Assembly (NCBI RefSeq): GCF_006345805.1
Contig: NC_043001.1
Location: 33,356,001 to 33,420,000, forward strand
Length of the DNA stretch: 64,000 nt
From: Octopus sinensis
Taxonomy: Eukaryota
Reading direction: 5' to 3'
Below the pieces are notes generated by a model that worked only from the letters and a program-made list of their open reading frames with translations, searched no databases and had not been told where the DNA came from. The position numbers and the translations under genes were made by a program. Shown here one piece after another: positions 50,365 through 63,780 of the stretch (within the stretch, counting starts at the first letter, position 1; every line of letters begins with the position of its first letter).

Positions 50365-51029
50365 CTGTGTTTGTCCCCCCCAACATTGCTTGACAACCGA
50401 TGCTGGTGTGTTTACATCCCCGTAACTTAGCGGTTCAGCAATAGAGACCGATAGAATAAGTACTAGGCTTACAAAGAATAAGTCCTGGGGTCGATTTGCT
50501 CGACTAAAGGTGGTACTCCAGCATGGCCACAGTCAAATTGACTGAAACAAGTAAAAGAGTAATGTATTTGAAGAATTATGAATACATCTACAGAATTTAT
50601 TCATTTGTAAAGTAAATGAATTTTTTTTTAGGTATTTTATTAAAAAAGTTAAATGGAAAACTGCTTGCTGATATAATGTTTGATAATAACATTCATAGGT
50701 AAACATTCCAAGAAACTACTATGTTATTAGTTTTCTACCTGAGGTTAAACAACACACCTGCAACAACTTCTATTTGACATAACTAATTGCACTATGAAAA
50801 TAGCACAAGCATTTCTAATAATAGATGACAGCAATGTTGGTTGGTTGGTTGGTTGGTGGGTTTCTCCAGTCATATAGAAAAAAGGGAGGAGGAATTAAAT
50901 AGAGATACAGACAGAGTTAGCATATGATATGCAGGATGAGTGCACATACTAGGCTTGGTGGCAGGCAATGAATAAAGAAATGCTATATACTTACACACAC
51001 TCACACTTAACATAGTGAGAGAGAAAGAA

Positions 51030-51360
51030 TCATAGAGACAGTGAAGGAGGAAGACAAGGAGGGGAAGACGAGGAGGAGGGGAAGACGAGGAGGAGGAGGA
51101 AGACAAGGAAGAGGAGGAAGACAAGGAGGAGGAGGCAGGCAAGGAGGAGGAGGCAGGCAAGAAGGAAGAGGAAGACTAGGAGGAGGAGGAAGACAAAGAA
51201 GAGAAAGAAGACAAGGAGGGGAAGGAGAAGACTAGGAGGAGGAAGAAGACAAGGAAGAGAGGGAAGACAAGGAGGGGAAGGGGGAAGACAAGGAGGAGGA
51301 GGAAGACAAGAGGAGGAGGAAGACAAGGGGGAGGAGGAAGACAAGGAGGAGGAGGAAACA
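51030..51360. repeat. Purine-rich degenerate tandem (GAGGAGGAAGACAAG-like)
   Basis: Direct reading. Confidence 0.9.
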
Positions 51361-51626
51361 GTCAAGTAGTTATAAGAAATTTGTTTCATTTCAACTTATA
51401 AACTAATAAATAGTTTTCTTTTGAAAATTAGTATTCATTTCATTATTCAGCAAAAGTACCATGAAATTTGATAAAAGTTAAATTATAATTATTATATGTA
51501 TGTCATATTTTCTGATATTGCCCATGGTGCCAAAAGCATACCTACAAAATTACTTGTCATGAGACAGGTAATACTCTAGTTTTCAATAATATAAAAATGA
51601 TATAGTTATTCAAAAGAATTCATTAC

Positions 51627-51759
51627 CTTCCTGGGGGAAACAACATGGTGTCTGTAAAATGTAACTTGACCAAAATATCCTTTGAAAGCTGGTACATATT
51701 CAGAACCTCCGAAGGAAAATATTCCCTCCACATCATTGTAACGAATATCTGTATTAAAC
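51627..51759 (-). CDS. SEL1L3: SEL1L3 exon (FNTDIRYNDVEGIFSFGGSEYVPAFKGYFGQVTFYRHHVVSPRK)
   Basis: aag / GTAATG, phase 2 to 0; YND..G.F..GGS.YV motif. Confidence 0.92.
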
Positions 51760-52125
51760 CTTTATAGGCAGAAAAAAATTTAAAGAAAGCTTAGAAAATT
51801 TAAAGTAAAATATTGTTATTCATAACATATGCAGAAAAGGAAAATTTCAATTATAATATTGGCTTCAAATTTGGGGATAAGATTAGTAATTTCAGGGGAA
51901 GGGGTTAGTCGATTACATCAACCCCAGTGATCAACTGGTACTTATTTTATCGACCCCTGAAAGGATGAAAGGCAAAGTCGACCTCAACATAATAAAGTAT
52001 CTCGAATATAGATACTGTAGAAAACTAATGAATGGATATGAAAACCTTTTAACGGTGATCAAGTTTCATAGTTAAAAGCTCAATCTGTAACAAACTATAA
52101 ATGAATAAATAAAAGAATTCCTTAC

Positions 52126-52184
52126 TGATGATCTACTTCCAATTTATTTTTCCATTGTTCTCCATAATTAATTGTGATTGACCA
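52126..52184 (-). CDS. SEL1L3: SEL1L3 exon (WSITINYGEQWKNKLEVDH)
   Basis: cccttttag / GTAAGG, phase 0 to 2, bridges the neighbouring exons. Confidence 0.85.
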
Positions 52185-52236
52185 CTAAAAGGGAATAAAG
52201 AGAAAGGAGTTATAGCTATAAGTTATAGATCTACAT

Positions 52237-52322
52237 CAGTGCTTCCAAACCTTTTCACAGTGGTTCCCAACCTTTTTATTTAAATGTGTTTTCCCACAGA
52301 CCCCTTTTAATATGCTTATCCT

Positions 52323-52371
<49 letters not shown>

Positions 52372-52560
52372 TATATATAATTAAGGGTTTAGCAACAAGT
52401 TGCTTCACCACAACTTGTTGCTAAACCCTTAATGATATTTATAATTATATATAAAAACCCTTTTGTATAAGTTTTTACCGATAATGGTTTTTTCCATACC
52501 GAAACTACTTGGTAAAATTTTATTAATTATTAAATTAATAATTCTTTACCCTATATCTGT

Positions 52561-52600
<40 letters not shown>

Positions 52601-52991
52601 GTAAAATAATATGTGACAATTATTCAATAGCCAAGATAAAACTCTGAGTTTCGGATGCCGAGGTGGAAATCCACACCACCATCTCTTCAGTTATCTGGCC
52701 ATCTGAAAAACGCCAGAGTTTTATCTTGGCTATTGAATAATTGTCAAATATTATTTTACAAATAAATTTCCTCTATTTACATAATATTGAGGTCTCTTTC
52801 TTTCTTTTGTTATCTTACCGTTTTTACTAATATATATATATATAATATATATATATATATTATATATATATATAATATATATATATATATAATATATATA
52901 TATATATGAAATTTTGAATTTAGTTCATGGACTCTCAGTACTACCTTTGCAAACCGCCAGGGGTCTGTGGACCCCAGATTGGGAACCACTG
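52237..52991. mobile_element. hAT (Charlie-like) non-autonomous element with 8-bp TSD ATCTACAT and nested insertions
   Basis: CAGTGCTTCC...GGGAACCACTG; TSD at 52229-52236 and 52992-52999. Confidence 0.8.
52600..52760. mobile_element. Fold-back MITE, 47-bp arms with one mismatch
   Basis: tgtaaaataatatgtgacaattattcaatagccaagataaaactctg and its inverse. Confidence 0.75.
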
Positions 52992-54481
52992 ATCTACATC
53001 ATAAATAATAAAACAAAGAACTTCAAAAAACTACAAATGAAATATTTGCAATTCACTGCTTTAAAGAGAAAAACACATGAAATACACATTATTACTCCAT
53101 TGATTTAGGTGGCACGCAACACTGTATGGTGAGGTGAGAAAAGTGGTGACAGGAATTTAGTACATGAAACATAGAAAAGTGAAATAATATAAAGGGGAGC
53201 GAAAAAGAAACAGATTTCAAGTAAAGCTTTAAGAGTTCTACACATGATAAGAACATCCACCCCTTCAACCACTACCACCATCACCACCACCCCATATTCA
53301 TCATCATCATCATCATCGTTTAACGTCCGTTTTCCATGCTAGTATGGGTTGGACGATTTGACTGAGGGCTGGCGAACCAGATGGCTGCACCAGGCTCCAA
53401 TCTTGATCTGGCAGAGTTTCTTCAGCTGAATGCCCTTCCTAACGCTAACCACTCCATTGCAATATCTATTTTCTCATGCTGGAAAATAATTCAGCTCTGA
53501 ACGATGCCAACACTTTAAAAATACTGTTCACTTATCTGAGATGGTGCAGTTATTTAACACAAACACAGTCTACAGCACAACACCCCAAAAAATACCCAAT
53601 TCTACTGGGTTAATTTTAAATTAAGCCCTTCGTTCCCTATACAGCATAGGTCATAAATAACTTTTCTCCATTGTTCACAATTCTTCAGTTGGACCCCTGC
53701 TTTTTCAGCTCTGCCTAAGTATCCCACCTTCAGCTTTTTTTAGAGCATCCACTCTTCTGCTTCCCTTGTGGCCTCTAAGTTGGAGCCAGACATATTATAC
53801 AGGATATTGGTTACCTTTTGGATTTTGCCAGACACATCATATGTTTCCCAGAGGAAAGGCTTTTCAAGTTTTGTCGCTTCTGAATTTTCATCAATGTTTC
53901 TGCAACATTGTTGTTTTTTTTTAAACAGGATGTTTGCTCTACACAAACTCATGTTTACCTCTGTAAACAGGTAACTTATATTAGTCTGTATACTATCCTT
54001 TGATATATCCTGAATGGGAGGCCCTAGCAGGTGTTTGTGTTCCACTGATTTACAAACCTTAATTGACCCATGACCATTTAGCCATTTTTTGCCCTCGTCA
54101 ATACTGTTATAAGGGTTTTGACTCTCCAAAGCACAAGTTTCACATACCACCTGTCAAAATCACCTGATTCACTTCATTCTTCTCATTATGCCTCCTGTAC
54201 CCCGACTATCTAAGCCACCTTCACATTAAACCACTTGTTCACTTCTGTCTCTCCAGAACTGCAATTCCCTAACTGCCATCATTTTTACAACAGGCCTTGC
54301 TCTGCAGACACACAAGCTGTATATCAATTGCCTTAACCTCATCAGCCTAGAAAACCAGTAAATATCATAGACTCTTCTAACTCCTCCTCTTTCCCCTCTT
54401 CTAAACACATTCTTTAAAACTTGGATTATAAAGAAAATAGGTTTATTTTTTATTTTCATTTTAGAAAACTTATCACCGTAC

Positions 54482-54597
54482 CTTATTGGAAGCTATAGAA
54501 AATACAAGTCGGAACCATTGGTGAAGAGGAAGTTTAAATGGTGTTAAATTTGCCTCAGATCTTCCGTTCTTCATTATCATCTGGACATGGATCTTAC
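54482..54597 (-). CDS. SEL1L3: SEL1L3 exon (KIHVQMIMKNGRSEANLTPFKLPLHQWFRLVFSIASNK)
   Basis: tag / GTACGG, phase 1 to 0; HVQM and PLxxWFRL motifs. Confidence 0.9.
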
Positions 54598-57500
54598 CTA
54601 ATAAACAAGAATTTAAGATTGAGATAATTTTCAGAAAATAACATTATCTAACTTCAGAATTAAAACATTTCCTCTGTATGTATGAACGATAACTCTTCTC
54701 AAGGTCCATAACTCATGTTTACCTTGTTTCCTCATGATTAGATTTTCTTCTTGTGTTTGTAGTTCAGTTAGAATATTTAATTATAATAAAACCAGTCAGC
54801 AGCAACAGTTGTTTAAAACACGTAAACACTTGCAAAGAAAACAATATCACTTGTGCTAGCATGCAAAAGTAAACTACAAAGCAGAAGAAACATGTAGAAA
54901 AGAAATATTTCTATTTCTTTATCGCCCACAAGGGGCTAAACATAGAGGGGACAAACAAGGACAGACAAACGGATTAAGTCGATTACATCGACCTCAGTGC
55001 GTAACTGGTACTTAATTTATCGACCCCCGAAAGGATAAAAGGCAAAGTCGACCTCGGCGGAATTTGAACTCAGAACGTAGCGGCAGACGAAATACGGCTA
55101 AGCATTTCGCCCGGCGTGTTAACGTTTCTGCCAGCTCGCCGCTATAATTATAGGCGAGTTCAGATTGACTGGATATTAGGACGCGACGTGCGTTAGGACG
55201 GACCAACTCTCACTGCATCGGTCCACTCTGGACATCAGGACGGCTCCACTCTTACCGCATCGGTTACAAACCTGGGTATCGCCACCCATTACGCAGATTA
55301 GAGAAAAGTAAATAAATGTAGGAGTCTGAACGGCCGCCGTCGAGACTTTAGGTGTTCTCCGACCCTGCACTGTCGATTTCCTCGGCAAAATCGGGACAAA
55401 TGTGACCCGTCTGAGAAATAAGCCCCGTGAGATGAGGTGACTATGACAGCTAGTGTCGTTGCCCATTCTCTATCGCGGTCAGGTATGCAGGGCAAGGCTG
55501 AACACGTCATTTGTTCTAAGGTGTACCTCCCCATCATCCCATCCAATCATCACTCCTTAAGCTCCACTCCTTTTTTCCTTTCCCTTGTTTCCTTATAATT
55601 AAATTGTAATTAAAATCTGGATGGAAGTATTTATTTCCTAAACCGTTTTAAAGTGTTGTATTTATGCTTTTGTGTCTCAGTATAGCTGCAGTTATGTTTT
55701 AGTATCACACTAGCTTGTATCTTACGCTCATGTTAAAATAAAAACAGAGGATTCAGAACATAGGATATCAATATCGCTACAATTACATCCCTTGTTGGCA
55801 GTAAAATAATCCTCTATCCAAAGAAGCGATTATATTATGTAAATCGAAAAAGATATACTATCAAACTAGCAGTCGAAATTAAACTATGAAGTCAGTATAT
55901 GAACAATTGGACAAACCGTTGCAGGCTTTGCTTGGTATTTATTATTTTATCATTATTGTATATGTTCATATATATTATTTTATTTTAATTTATAACTCCT
56001 TCGTTAAATATATAATTTTAGTTAAAAAATCACTAAGTGTGGTAGACTTAATCTGTGATCTTGTTTAACACTACATTCTTTTACTGGGATTCGAACCAGC
56101 TATCCAATTTGAAAATACCCTCTTCCTTCCTACTAAGTCCTGTAAGGCAAAGCCATCTCTTTAGATTTTCTTTTTTTTTTCTTTTTTTCTTAATATGAAT
56201 TGAAAACAAGAATTTTAAAGGTATCGGCTAATGTATGCAAGGGAGACAAGTCTGCTAGCATTAAATTTTACGTGAGTGAGCGGTGTACACTGAGGGATGG
56301 ATGAAAGGTATGAAAATAGATGTAAAAGGAAAGATCAATAAATTCAGTGTAAAATGACATGTTGATTACCTTTGCCTAGATTCTATACTGAAGACCATTG
56401 TTTTCAGTAACTTCAGATTTCCATATGTGAAATGAAAATATTCTTTTCTACTCTAGGCACAAGGCCCGAAAGTATAAGGAAGGGGGCCAGTATGCAACTG
56501 TTACTTAATTTATCGACCCCGAAAGGATAAAAGGCAAAGTCGACCTCGGTGGAATTTGAACTCAGAACGAAAAGTAAAATGAAAATATTAAAATAACTTT
56601 GGTGTGCATCTCACAGGTAATAAAATAAAATTATCGCTTCCTTTCTCTTAAAAATTAACCTGAATGTAGCGTATGAAATATATGACTCTTTTACTTGTTT
56701 CAGTCATTTGACTGCGGCCATGCTGGAGCAGCGCCTTTAGTCGAGCAAATCGACCCCAGGACTTATTCTTTGTAAACCTAGTACTTATTCTATAGGTCTC
56801 TTTTTGCCGAACCGCTAAGTTACGGGGACGTAAACACACCAGCATCGGTTGTCAAGCGATGTTGGGGGGGGGGTAACAAACACAGACACACAAATACACA
56901 CACATATATATATACACAACGGGTTTCTTTCAGTTTCCGTCTACCAAATCCACTCACAAGACTTTGGTCGGCCCGAGGCTATAGTAGAAGACATCTGCCC
57001 AAGGTGCCACGTAGTGGTACTGAACCCGGAACCATGTGGTTGGTAGGCAAGCTACTTACCACACAGCCACTTCTGCGCCTGTCTGTAAAGTTGTCCAACG
57101 TACAATTTTCAAACAAAGATATTTAACTTTCTTTAAATATATAATTTAATTTCCTATGCGTGCTTGTTACACAAATTAGAGGGAAAATAAATTGGCACAA
57201 ATCAATCGAATGATCATGAAAAGTAACAATTAAATTAATAATGGCATGATATTCTTCTTATGAGAGTTTTCTCATATTAGAAAAGGCTGTACATTTTTAG
57301 AAGAACCTACACAGTTTGTTGAATTGACACCAATAGTTGTCTGTTATACATTTGATCGTTTTCCGAGGTCAGGGATTTATGGAAGACAAAGTCGACCCAG
57401 AATACAGAGCAACAAATGTAAATTCTACACTGCCATTTTGGCCATTCCCACTTCCATTCCTTTCTTTTAAAGAAATGAGAATGGTAAACATAAAATTAGA

Positions 57501-57771
57501 TATCTGTTTCTTTATTACCCACAAGGGGCTAAACATAGAAGGGACAAACAAGGACAGACAAACGGATTAAGTCGATTACATCGACCCCAGTGCGTAACTG
57601 GTACTTAATTTATCGACCTCGAAAGGATGAAAGGCAAATTCGACCTCGGCGGAATTTGAAATCAGAACGTGACGGCAGACGAAATACGGCTACGCATTTC
57701 GCCCGGCGTGCTAACGGTTCTGCCAGCTCGCCGCCTTTAAAATATAAAATTAGATATCGTTGTAGACTTAC

Positions 57772-57902
57772 CTTCGACAGTCAAAAACAATAAAGGGGAC
57801 AAATAGTCGTTCTTCCAATCAAAATGATACATGATGCTGCATAGGTTTGTTAGACTTCCAGTACAATATTCTAATACATACATCCACATGCTGACAGTTA
57901 GC
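57772..57902 (-). CDS. SEL1L3: SEL1L3 exon (LTVSMWMYVLEYCTGSLTNLCSIMYHFDWKNDYLSPLLFLTVE)
   Basis: ttttgcag / GTAAGT, phase 2 to 1, LamG-like region. Confidence 0.92.
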
Positions 57903-59030
57903 CTGCAAAAAGAGGAGGATATAGTCTTCATTATATTTGCAATAAACCAACAAAATATCGTGTCTGTGTGTGTTATGTGTCAGTTTTTAATTTTTTAACT
58001 CTCCAATTGTATTTGTTAATTGTTTAATAATACATATATGGACATGTATACATGTATGCGTGCATGAGTATCGATGTATATGTATGTGTGCATATATGCG
58101 TGTGTGTGTATGTATGCATATGCATGTGGATGAGCGTATGCATATATATATATATATATATATATATGAACATATGCGTATGGTTTTAAGTACATAAGTA
58201 TGCGGCCCTATATAATAGTGCATATACACACGTATATGTATGTATGTGTTTGAGTGCGTGCGTATATCAATATACACTTCTTTCTTTCACTCTCTGATTT
58301 CTCAGCCCCCAATTTCACATTAGCCAGTGCAATAAATACCTCCGTCTAGTTTTAGAAACTTGACCATTATAATTTATCCTTCCCTTCCTTTTAGGGGTTT
58401 ACTACTCACTTTAGTGTACCGCCCTATACCATTTTCTGTACCATCCCTCCACCTTCCTTTCAAACATATCACCCCACCCCCTCTCCTCACACATATTCAT
58501 TCCCTAAATTCTTATCTCTTCCTATCCCTTCTCTACTCCTCTTCCATCCCCGTCATAATATTTTGACCACCAACTAACACTCCTTTTTTCATTATCTTTT
58601 CCTCTTTCTTTCTTTCTTTCTTCTTTCTTCGCCTATTCCTTTTAACCATTCTCCTTTTAATATACATTGAATATACACATCTTTTCTCTCTTTTCTATAT
58701 ACTTAATACTACCACTACATTCTCAGAAGTTCACTCACACCACAAGGCCCTTTTGAACGAACAGCATATAGAATCTACGTCTCCACACTTTGCATTCGTA
58801 ATGACAAAATATGAACTCCTATTGGAATTTACATGCCATAGACAAGAATCATTTCTACCACTTCTAAACACCACTTTACTTGGATAATGGAACTGCAACT
58901 ATAACATCCTACATATTTTTATTTCTACTCTTATTCTCTTATTTCTCTTTATACTTCTTATTTCCTTCCTCTTCCAAAATAATTCCTTATACTGAACTCT
59001 ACTATTTCCCTCTATTTAACCATCTCACAT

Positions 59031-59079
59031 CGTCTCTGATGAAGGGATATCCTTAATATGCTAGAAACAGCTGTAAGAT
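59031..59079 (+). ncRNA. Canonical-core minimal hammerhead-like motif
   Basis: gtct-CTGATGA-agggatatccttaatatgcta-GAAA-cagctg-TA-agat; palindromic stem III, stem II imperfect. Confidence 0.4.
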
Positions 59080-59150
59080 TAACTTTTTCTTTATAATTTA
59101 TCCTAAAAATTCCACACAGCCTTGGCTTTGTTGTCTCATTTTATTTAACA

Positions 59151-59546
59151 CTAGCGGTATCGCCCGGCGTTGCTCGGGTTTGTAAGGGAAATAACTATAT
59201 AAGCATTTTTAGAGATGTAAAGTATAATAGCCATCTCAATATGGCTAACCACAAAGAGGGGGGTGTTACTGTAGCTTTTTACGTTCTGAGATTTAATAAT
59301 AAATTTTTAGAGAGTTACTTTCCTTATATATGCCAAAAATGCATTAAAAATGGGAAAAATTGATGGTAATTTTTTTTTTAATCGTAGCCTCATCGTAGAC
59401 GCTCGCTAATACCCAGAAGGGCTCGATATGAATCACGACTATAAGATACCCGATTTTGGTTAAACTGCACCGCAAAATGTGGGAGTAGTTAGGAATCTAA
59501 ATCGTAGGAGACAGACAGCACACAACCTCACTTTTATATATAAAGA
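59151..59546 (-). mobile_element. Non-autonomous Helitron, family 2
   Basis: Same termini as 23840-24354, different internal segment. Confidence 0.75.
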
Positions 59547-59675
59547 TATACATGCTCATACAGGACCCGCATTAGGCTCCTCACTCGTATTATTATCGAA
59601 CCGAGAGTTTAACTACGTTCCTTCCATAGCTTTTACATAGCCTTACCTACCACTTTGGGTCTTCTGGATATCAAT

Positions 59676-59703
<28 letters not shown>

Positions 59704-59708
<5 letters not shown>

Positions 59709-59930
59709 GAGTTGATATATACAGTAGTGTTTTGAGATGAGGTGCGATGTTATACTTTGTTGCTCTTAGTGTTTTTATGTCTAATTTCTTGGCACGCTTA
59801 ATTCCATCGTCTATAAGTGAGGGCGGATATTTTCTTTCAGTTAGTGTTGTTCTGGGGTCTTGAAGACGGCGGTCCCGAGTAGTTCTATCAGACACTATTT
59901 TTCAAATCTTTTTAGCCAAATTAAAAGTGA
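59704..59930 (-). mobile_element. Penelope-like element fragment (RT C-terminal region)
   Basis: ..TLTERKYPPSLIDDGIKRAKKLDIKTLR.. resembles the GYP helical region of PLE RTs; ends in a TA repeat. Confidence 0.55.
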
Positions 59931-60184
59931 TATATATTTTGATTATATATATATATATATATACCAAACATAAATTAAAAACAGAATACAAAGGATATCG
60001 CGGTACACGTGCTTCAAGCTTTATAAACAATCTGTTATTTCATCAGTATATTATTGATATAAAAGATGGTTTAAAGCTCTCTTCAGCCGCAAACATTGTT
60101 AGTCCAAAGATTACATCACAAAATAAAAAGTACACGTAGTATTACCCATTATAATAGGTTTATCATATATATATATATGGTTCC

Positions 60185-60335
60185 AATTTACAGAAAACAA
60201 AAGACGAATACGGGTGTAGGAACAACAAGCAGGTGCATTAGTTTAACGCTCAGGAAAAATGGGAAAATCCTTTACGTTTCTAGCCTACGCTCTTCGACAG
60301 AAAGGATTAAGAGGTACAAAAAAATGGAGTGATAA
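60185..60335 (-). mobile_element. Short Penelope-derived hammerhead-bearing repeat (motif 60267-60305)
   Basis: Reverse complement ccttt-CTGTCGA-agagcgtaggcta-GAAA-cg-TA-aagg. Confidence 0.7.
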
Positions 60336-60828
60336 TGAAAGAAAACGAGAGCGGGAAAGTGTGCAGAGTCCAATGGTCCAGAATGGCGCGGGTATGGCTG
60401 TGTGGTAAGAAGCTTGCTTCCTAACTATATGATTCCGGTTTCAGTACTCCCATTATTTTTAAGGGCGTAGTGCAAAAAAAATTGGGTAAAATTGATCCGG
60501 AAGGGCAGAGGAATTAATAAATTGAAACAAAATTTTTTTTCGTAAAATGCTTTCTCACATTATTTGCAGGTATGCGTTAAAAAATAAATTTTAAAAATCC
60601 CCATAAAAACTGGGAAAACTTAATTTTTGTAGATGTATTATTCTGAAGGTCTGCTAAGGCATTCTACTGTGAAAATTACCCAACAACGACGGGATACTCA
60701 GCTTGTGTATGTGTATGTGTGTATCTATGTGTATGTGTGTATCTATGTGTGTGAGTATGTGCGTGTGTATCTATATATGTGTGTGTGAGAAAGAGAAAGA
60801 AAGAGTGTATGTGAGAGAGAGTGAAAGA

Positions 60829-60881
<53 letters not shown>

Positions 60882-61181
60882 GTGTGTGAAATTTAACTTA
60901 TCATTTACAAGTTTATATTGCCAGTTGGAAGGAAACTACCGGGCCGCTTCACCGGCTAAATTTAGACACCAAATTTTCACCATATTACACTCCATTGCTT
61001 TGAAGTAGGAAGAACACGTTAGCGAATTATGTAGCTCTAGATACACCTGAATGGAAAAATTCGGCGAGATGGTCACATCTTGAAAATATGTCATCATAGG
61101 GTTACCCAATCAATTACAGCCGTGGACTTCACATTCTAAGATTTTGTCATTAAAAAATGCAAACATTTAAATTACTCTTAC

Positions 61182-61308
61182 CTTGGCTCATTTATTTCAT
61201 TTAATCGTATTTTCTCCAGATTTAAGTTATTGTATGGCTTAAATGCATGAAACAGTCCAAAATTTAAACCATTCAATGCAATAGGGTAATCCAGAATCTT
61301 CACAGTTT
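61182..61308 (-). CDS. SEL1L3: SEL1L3 exon (TVKILDYPIALNGLNFGLFHAFKPYNNLNLEKIRLNEINEP)
   Basis: ttgcag acceptor, GTAAGA donor, phase 1 to 2, open frame. Confidence 0.85.
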
Positions 61309-62966
61309 CTGCAATGGCCAAACAGTGAGAAAATATTCATTAACGAGTGAAATAGCAATTGTGATTGTGTTTAAATTCACTTTTAACGTGTGCTGTTATT
61401 GTTATCTTGTAATAATTCTGCTTGTCGTTGCGTTACTTAGCCCGTCGGTAACGCTTTCACGTGATTAGAGAAAAAAAAAGGGAGAAAGACAAGAGGGAGA
61501 GAGAAAAAGAGGAAATGGTAATAGAAGGCGAGAGAAGCATCCATAACGTGATGTAGAGGGAATGTAATTGTAATGCTTTCACGTGAAGGGAAATAGCGGA
61601 GAAAGAAAAGGGACAGAGAAAAAGAGGATAAAGCAAAGAGGGTGAAAGAAAAAGAGGAAGAGAGAAGAGTCCCTGACGTGAGGTAGGGGGAACGTAATTA
61701 TTTATTACGTGGTTAAAATGTGAGTTGAAGGTAGAGGAGGAGAATTAAAAATATAACTTTAGCATAGGGGTGATGTTCTGATGGTGAGTTTAAAGACAGG
61801 CACAGAGAGAGGGGAAGGAGAGAGGGGGAAAGAGAGGTGGAGAAAGAGAGAGATGGGAAAGAGAGGAGAGAGAGAGAGGGTGATAAATTATGTTGGTGGT
61901 GGTGATTGGATAGGGAAATGTGTATTTATTTTTAATTGAAGTTTTTTATATAACCTATCACATGACGCATGCGCATAAGTGCAATTCCGTGAAATATTCA
62001 CACTTATTTATGTGGCAGACATACGCAATTTAACTAAAGGTTGTATCAAATGTATAGGATATTGGGGTTTTTTATTTGTTTATGGAGGAAATAGAAAAAT
62101 AAGAGTGAATATTTATTTTATGAGTGTTGTGCATTAAGTCGATAAAATTCTGCATAAAGTATATAAAGTGTATATAAAAAGTACATTAAGTAATCGTCGC
62201 ATTCCAATTTCTTTCACTTTTCAATGAGTATATAGAGCGTAACAAGAGATTATACGAGTTACAAAGGAACAAGGGATAATGTCATTCATTAGCTTAAAGC
62301 TATTCGAGTACTTGTGTATCACCTTATAGCTTCGTCAGAGTATAAAAAATGAAGTGCAATTTTATTTGAAAAATCATTTGTACACATAGAAAAGATCACC
62401 GGCGAAAAACAAAATATAAAAGTATGTAAGAAATGGAGTATTAAGATTGAAAATTAAAAGCCACTCCCAGAAATATGAAGTTTTATATAATTTTGTGTGT
62501 GTGTTTATATAAATCCTTGAAATCCTTAAAAATGTTTTAGCCCGAAGGCCGCGGCCATGCTGGGGCACCACCGCTAAATATTTATATATTTATATAAATG
62601 TGTGTGCGTGTGTGAGTGCGAGTGTGTGTGTATGTGTGTGTGTATAGATAAGTGTATGATGAGCCCCTCCTTAAATAAATATTTATTAACAGTATTTTGA
62701 TATATGTTATACACATGACTAACCTTAAGAACCCAGAGAGAAAACAGGAATTGAGACAGAGAGAAAGTGACAGAATCCAAAGTCTGGAGAGAAAGACAAA
62801 AAGCTCAAAGAATTTTTAGGTCATAAAACTGTCCACATGAAAATTCTAGCCAGTTTGGCAATTAACAGATTAGTACGATGGCAATCAAATACTTGGTGTA
62901 CAGATAACGAAATGTGTGTATGCACATAAAGAGGAAGCTTACAGATGTGCACATGTATGTATGTAA

Positions 62967-63002
<36 letters not shown>

Positions 63003-63214
63003 TGTATGTATGTATGTATGTATGCATGTATGTATACAGACATATAGACAATGCATATAGATAAATACACACACATATACATACACACACATAGAGATAG
63101 ATCCAGGTATATAGATATATACAAATATCAACGGGAGCACATAGATAGATAGATATTAGTCAATTAAAAAGTTCGTTAGAAACGGCTGTAATGAATTGAC
63201 ACCTATCCATCGTT

Positions 63215-63217
63215 GTG

Positions 63218-63249
<32 letters not shown>

Positions 63250-63331
63250 CATATATATAATATATATATATAATATATATATATATATATACAATATATA
63301 TATATATATATATAATATATATATATATACT

Positions 63332-63365
<34 letters not shown>

Positions 63366-63407
63366 ATATATATAATATATATATATATAATATATATATA
63401 CATATAC

Positions 63408-63439
<32 letters not shown>

Positions 63440-63488
63440 ATATATATACATATACACATATATACATATATATACATATACATATACA

Positions 63489-63526
<38 letters not shown>

Positions 63527-63544
63527 ATATACATATACATATAT

Positions 63545-63579
<35 letters not shown>

Positions 63580-63600
63580 TATATCTATATATATATATAT
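63215..63600. repeat. Long TA/TACA microsatellite
   Basis: Direct reading. Confidence 0.95.
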
Positions 63601-63602
63601 AC

Positions 63603-63780
63603 ATAGAGTTTACGAAAAAAACAAAAGACGAAGACAGGTGGTGTACAAAACAAACAGATGTATTAGTATAACGCTCAAGAATAGAGAAAGTCTTACGTTT
63701 CGAGCCTACGCTCTTCTACAGAAAGGGACACTGAAAAAACAAGGGGAGAAAAAATGTGTGTAGTGGCTAACGATCTATCA
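63603..63780 (-). mobile_element. Short Penelope-derived hammerhead-bearing repeat between TA microsatellites (motif 63689-63727)
   Basis: Reverse complement ccttt-CTGTAGA-agagcgtaggctc-GAAA-cg-TA-agac. Confidence 0.7.

Noticed and set aside
53740-54150. 136-aa minus-strand ORF
   Set aside because: No splice fit with SEL1L3, since flanking exons already join in phase. At most a faint resemblance to an RTE C-terminus, too weak to call.
63203-63763. YI/YM/HT-repeat ORFs here and at 1278-1666, 15071-15626, 32243-32716, 49303-49746
   Set aside because: Microsatellite translations that lack stop codons by composition.
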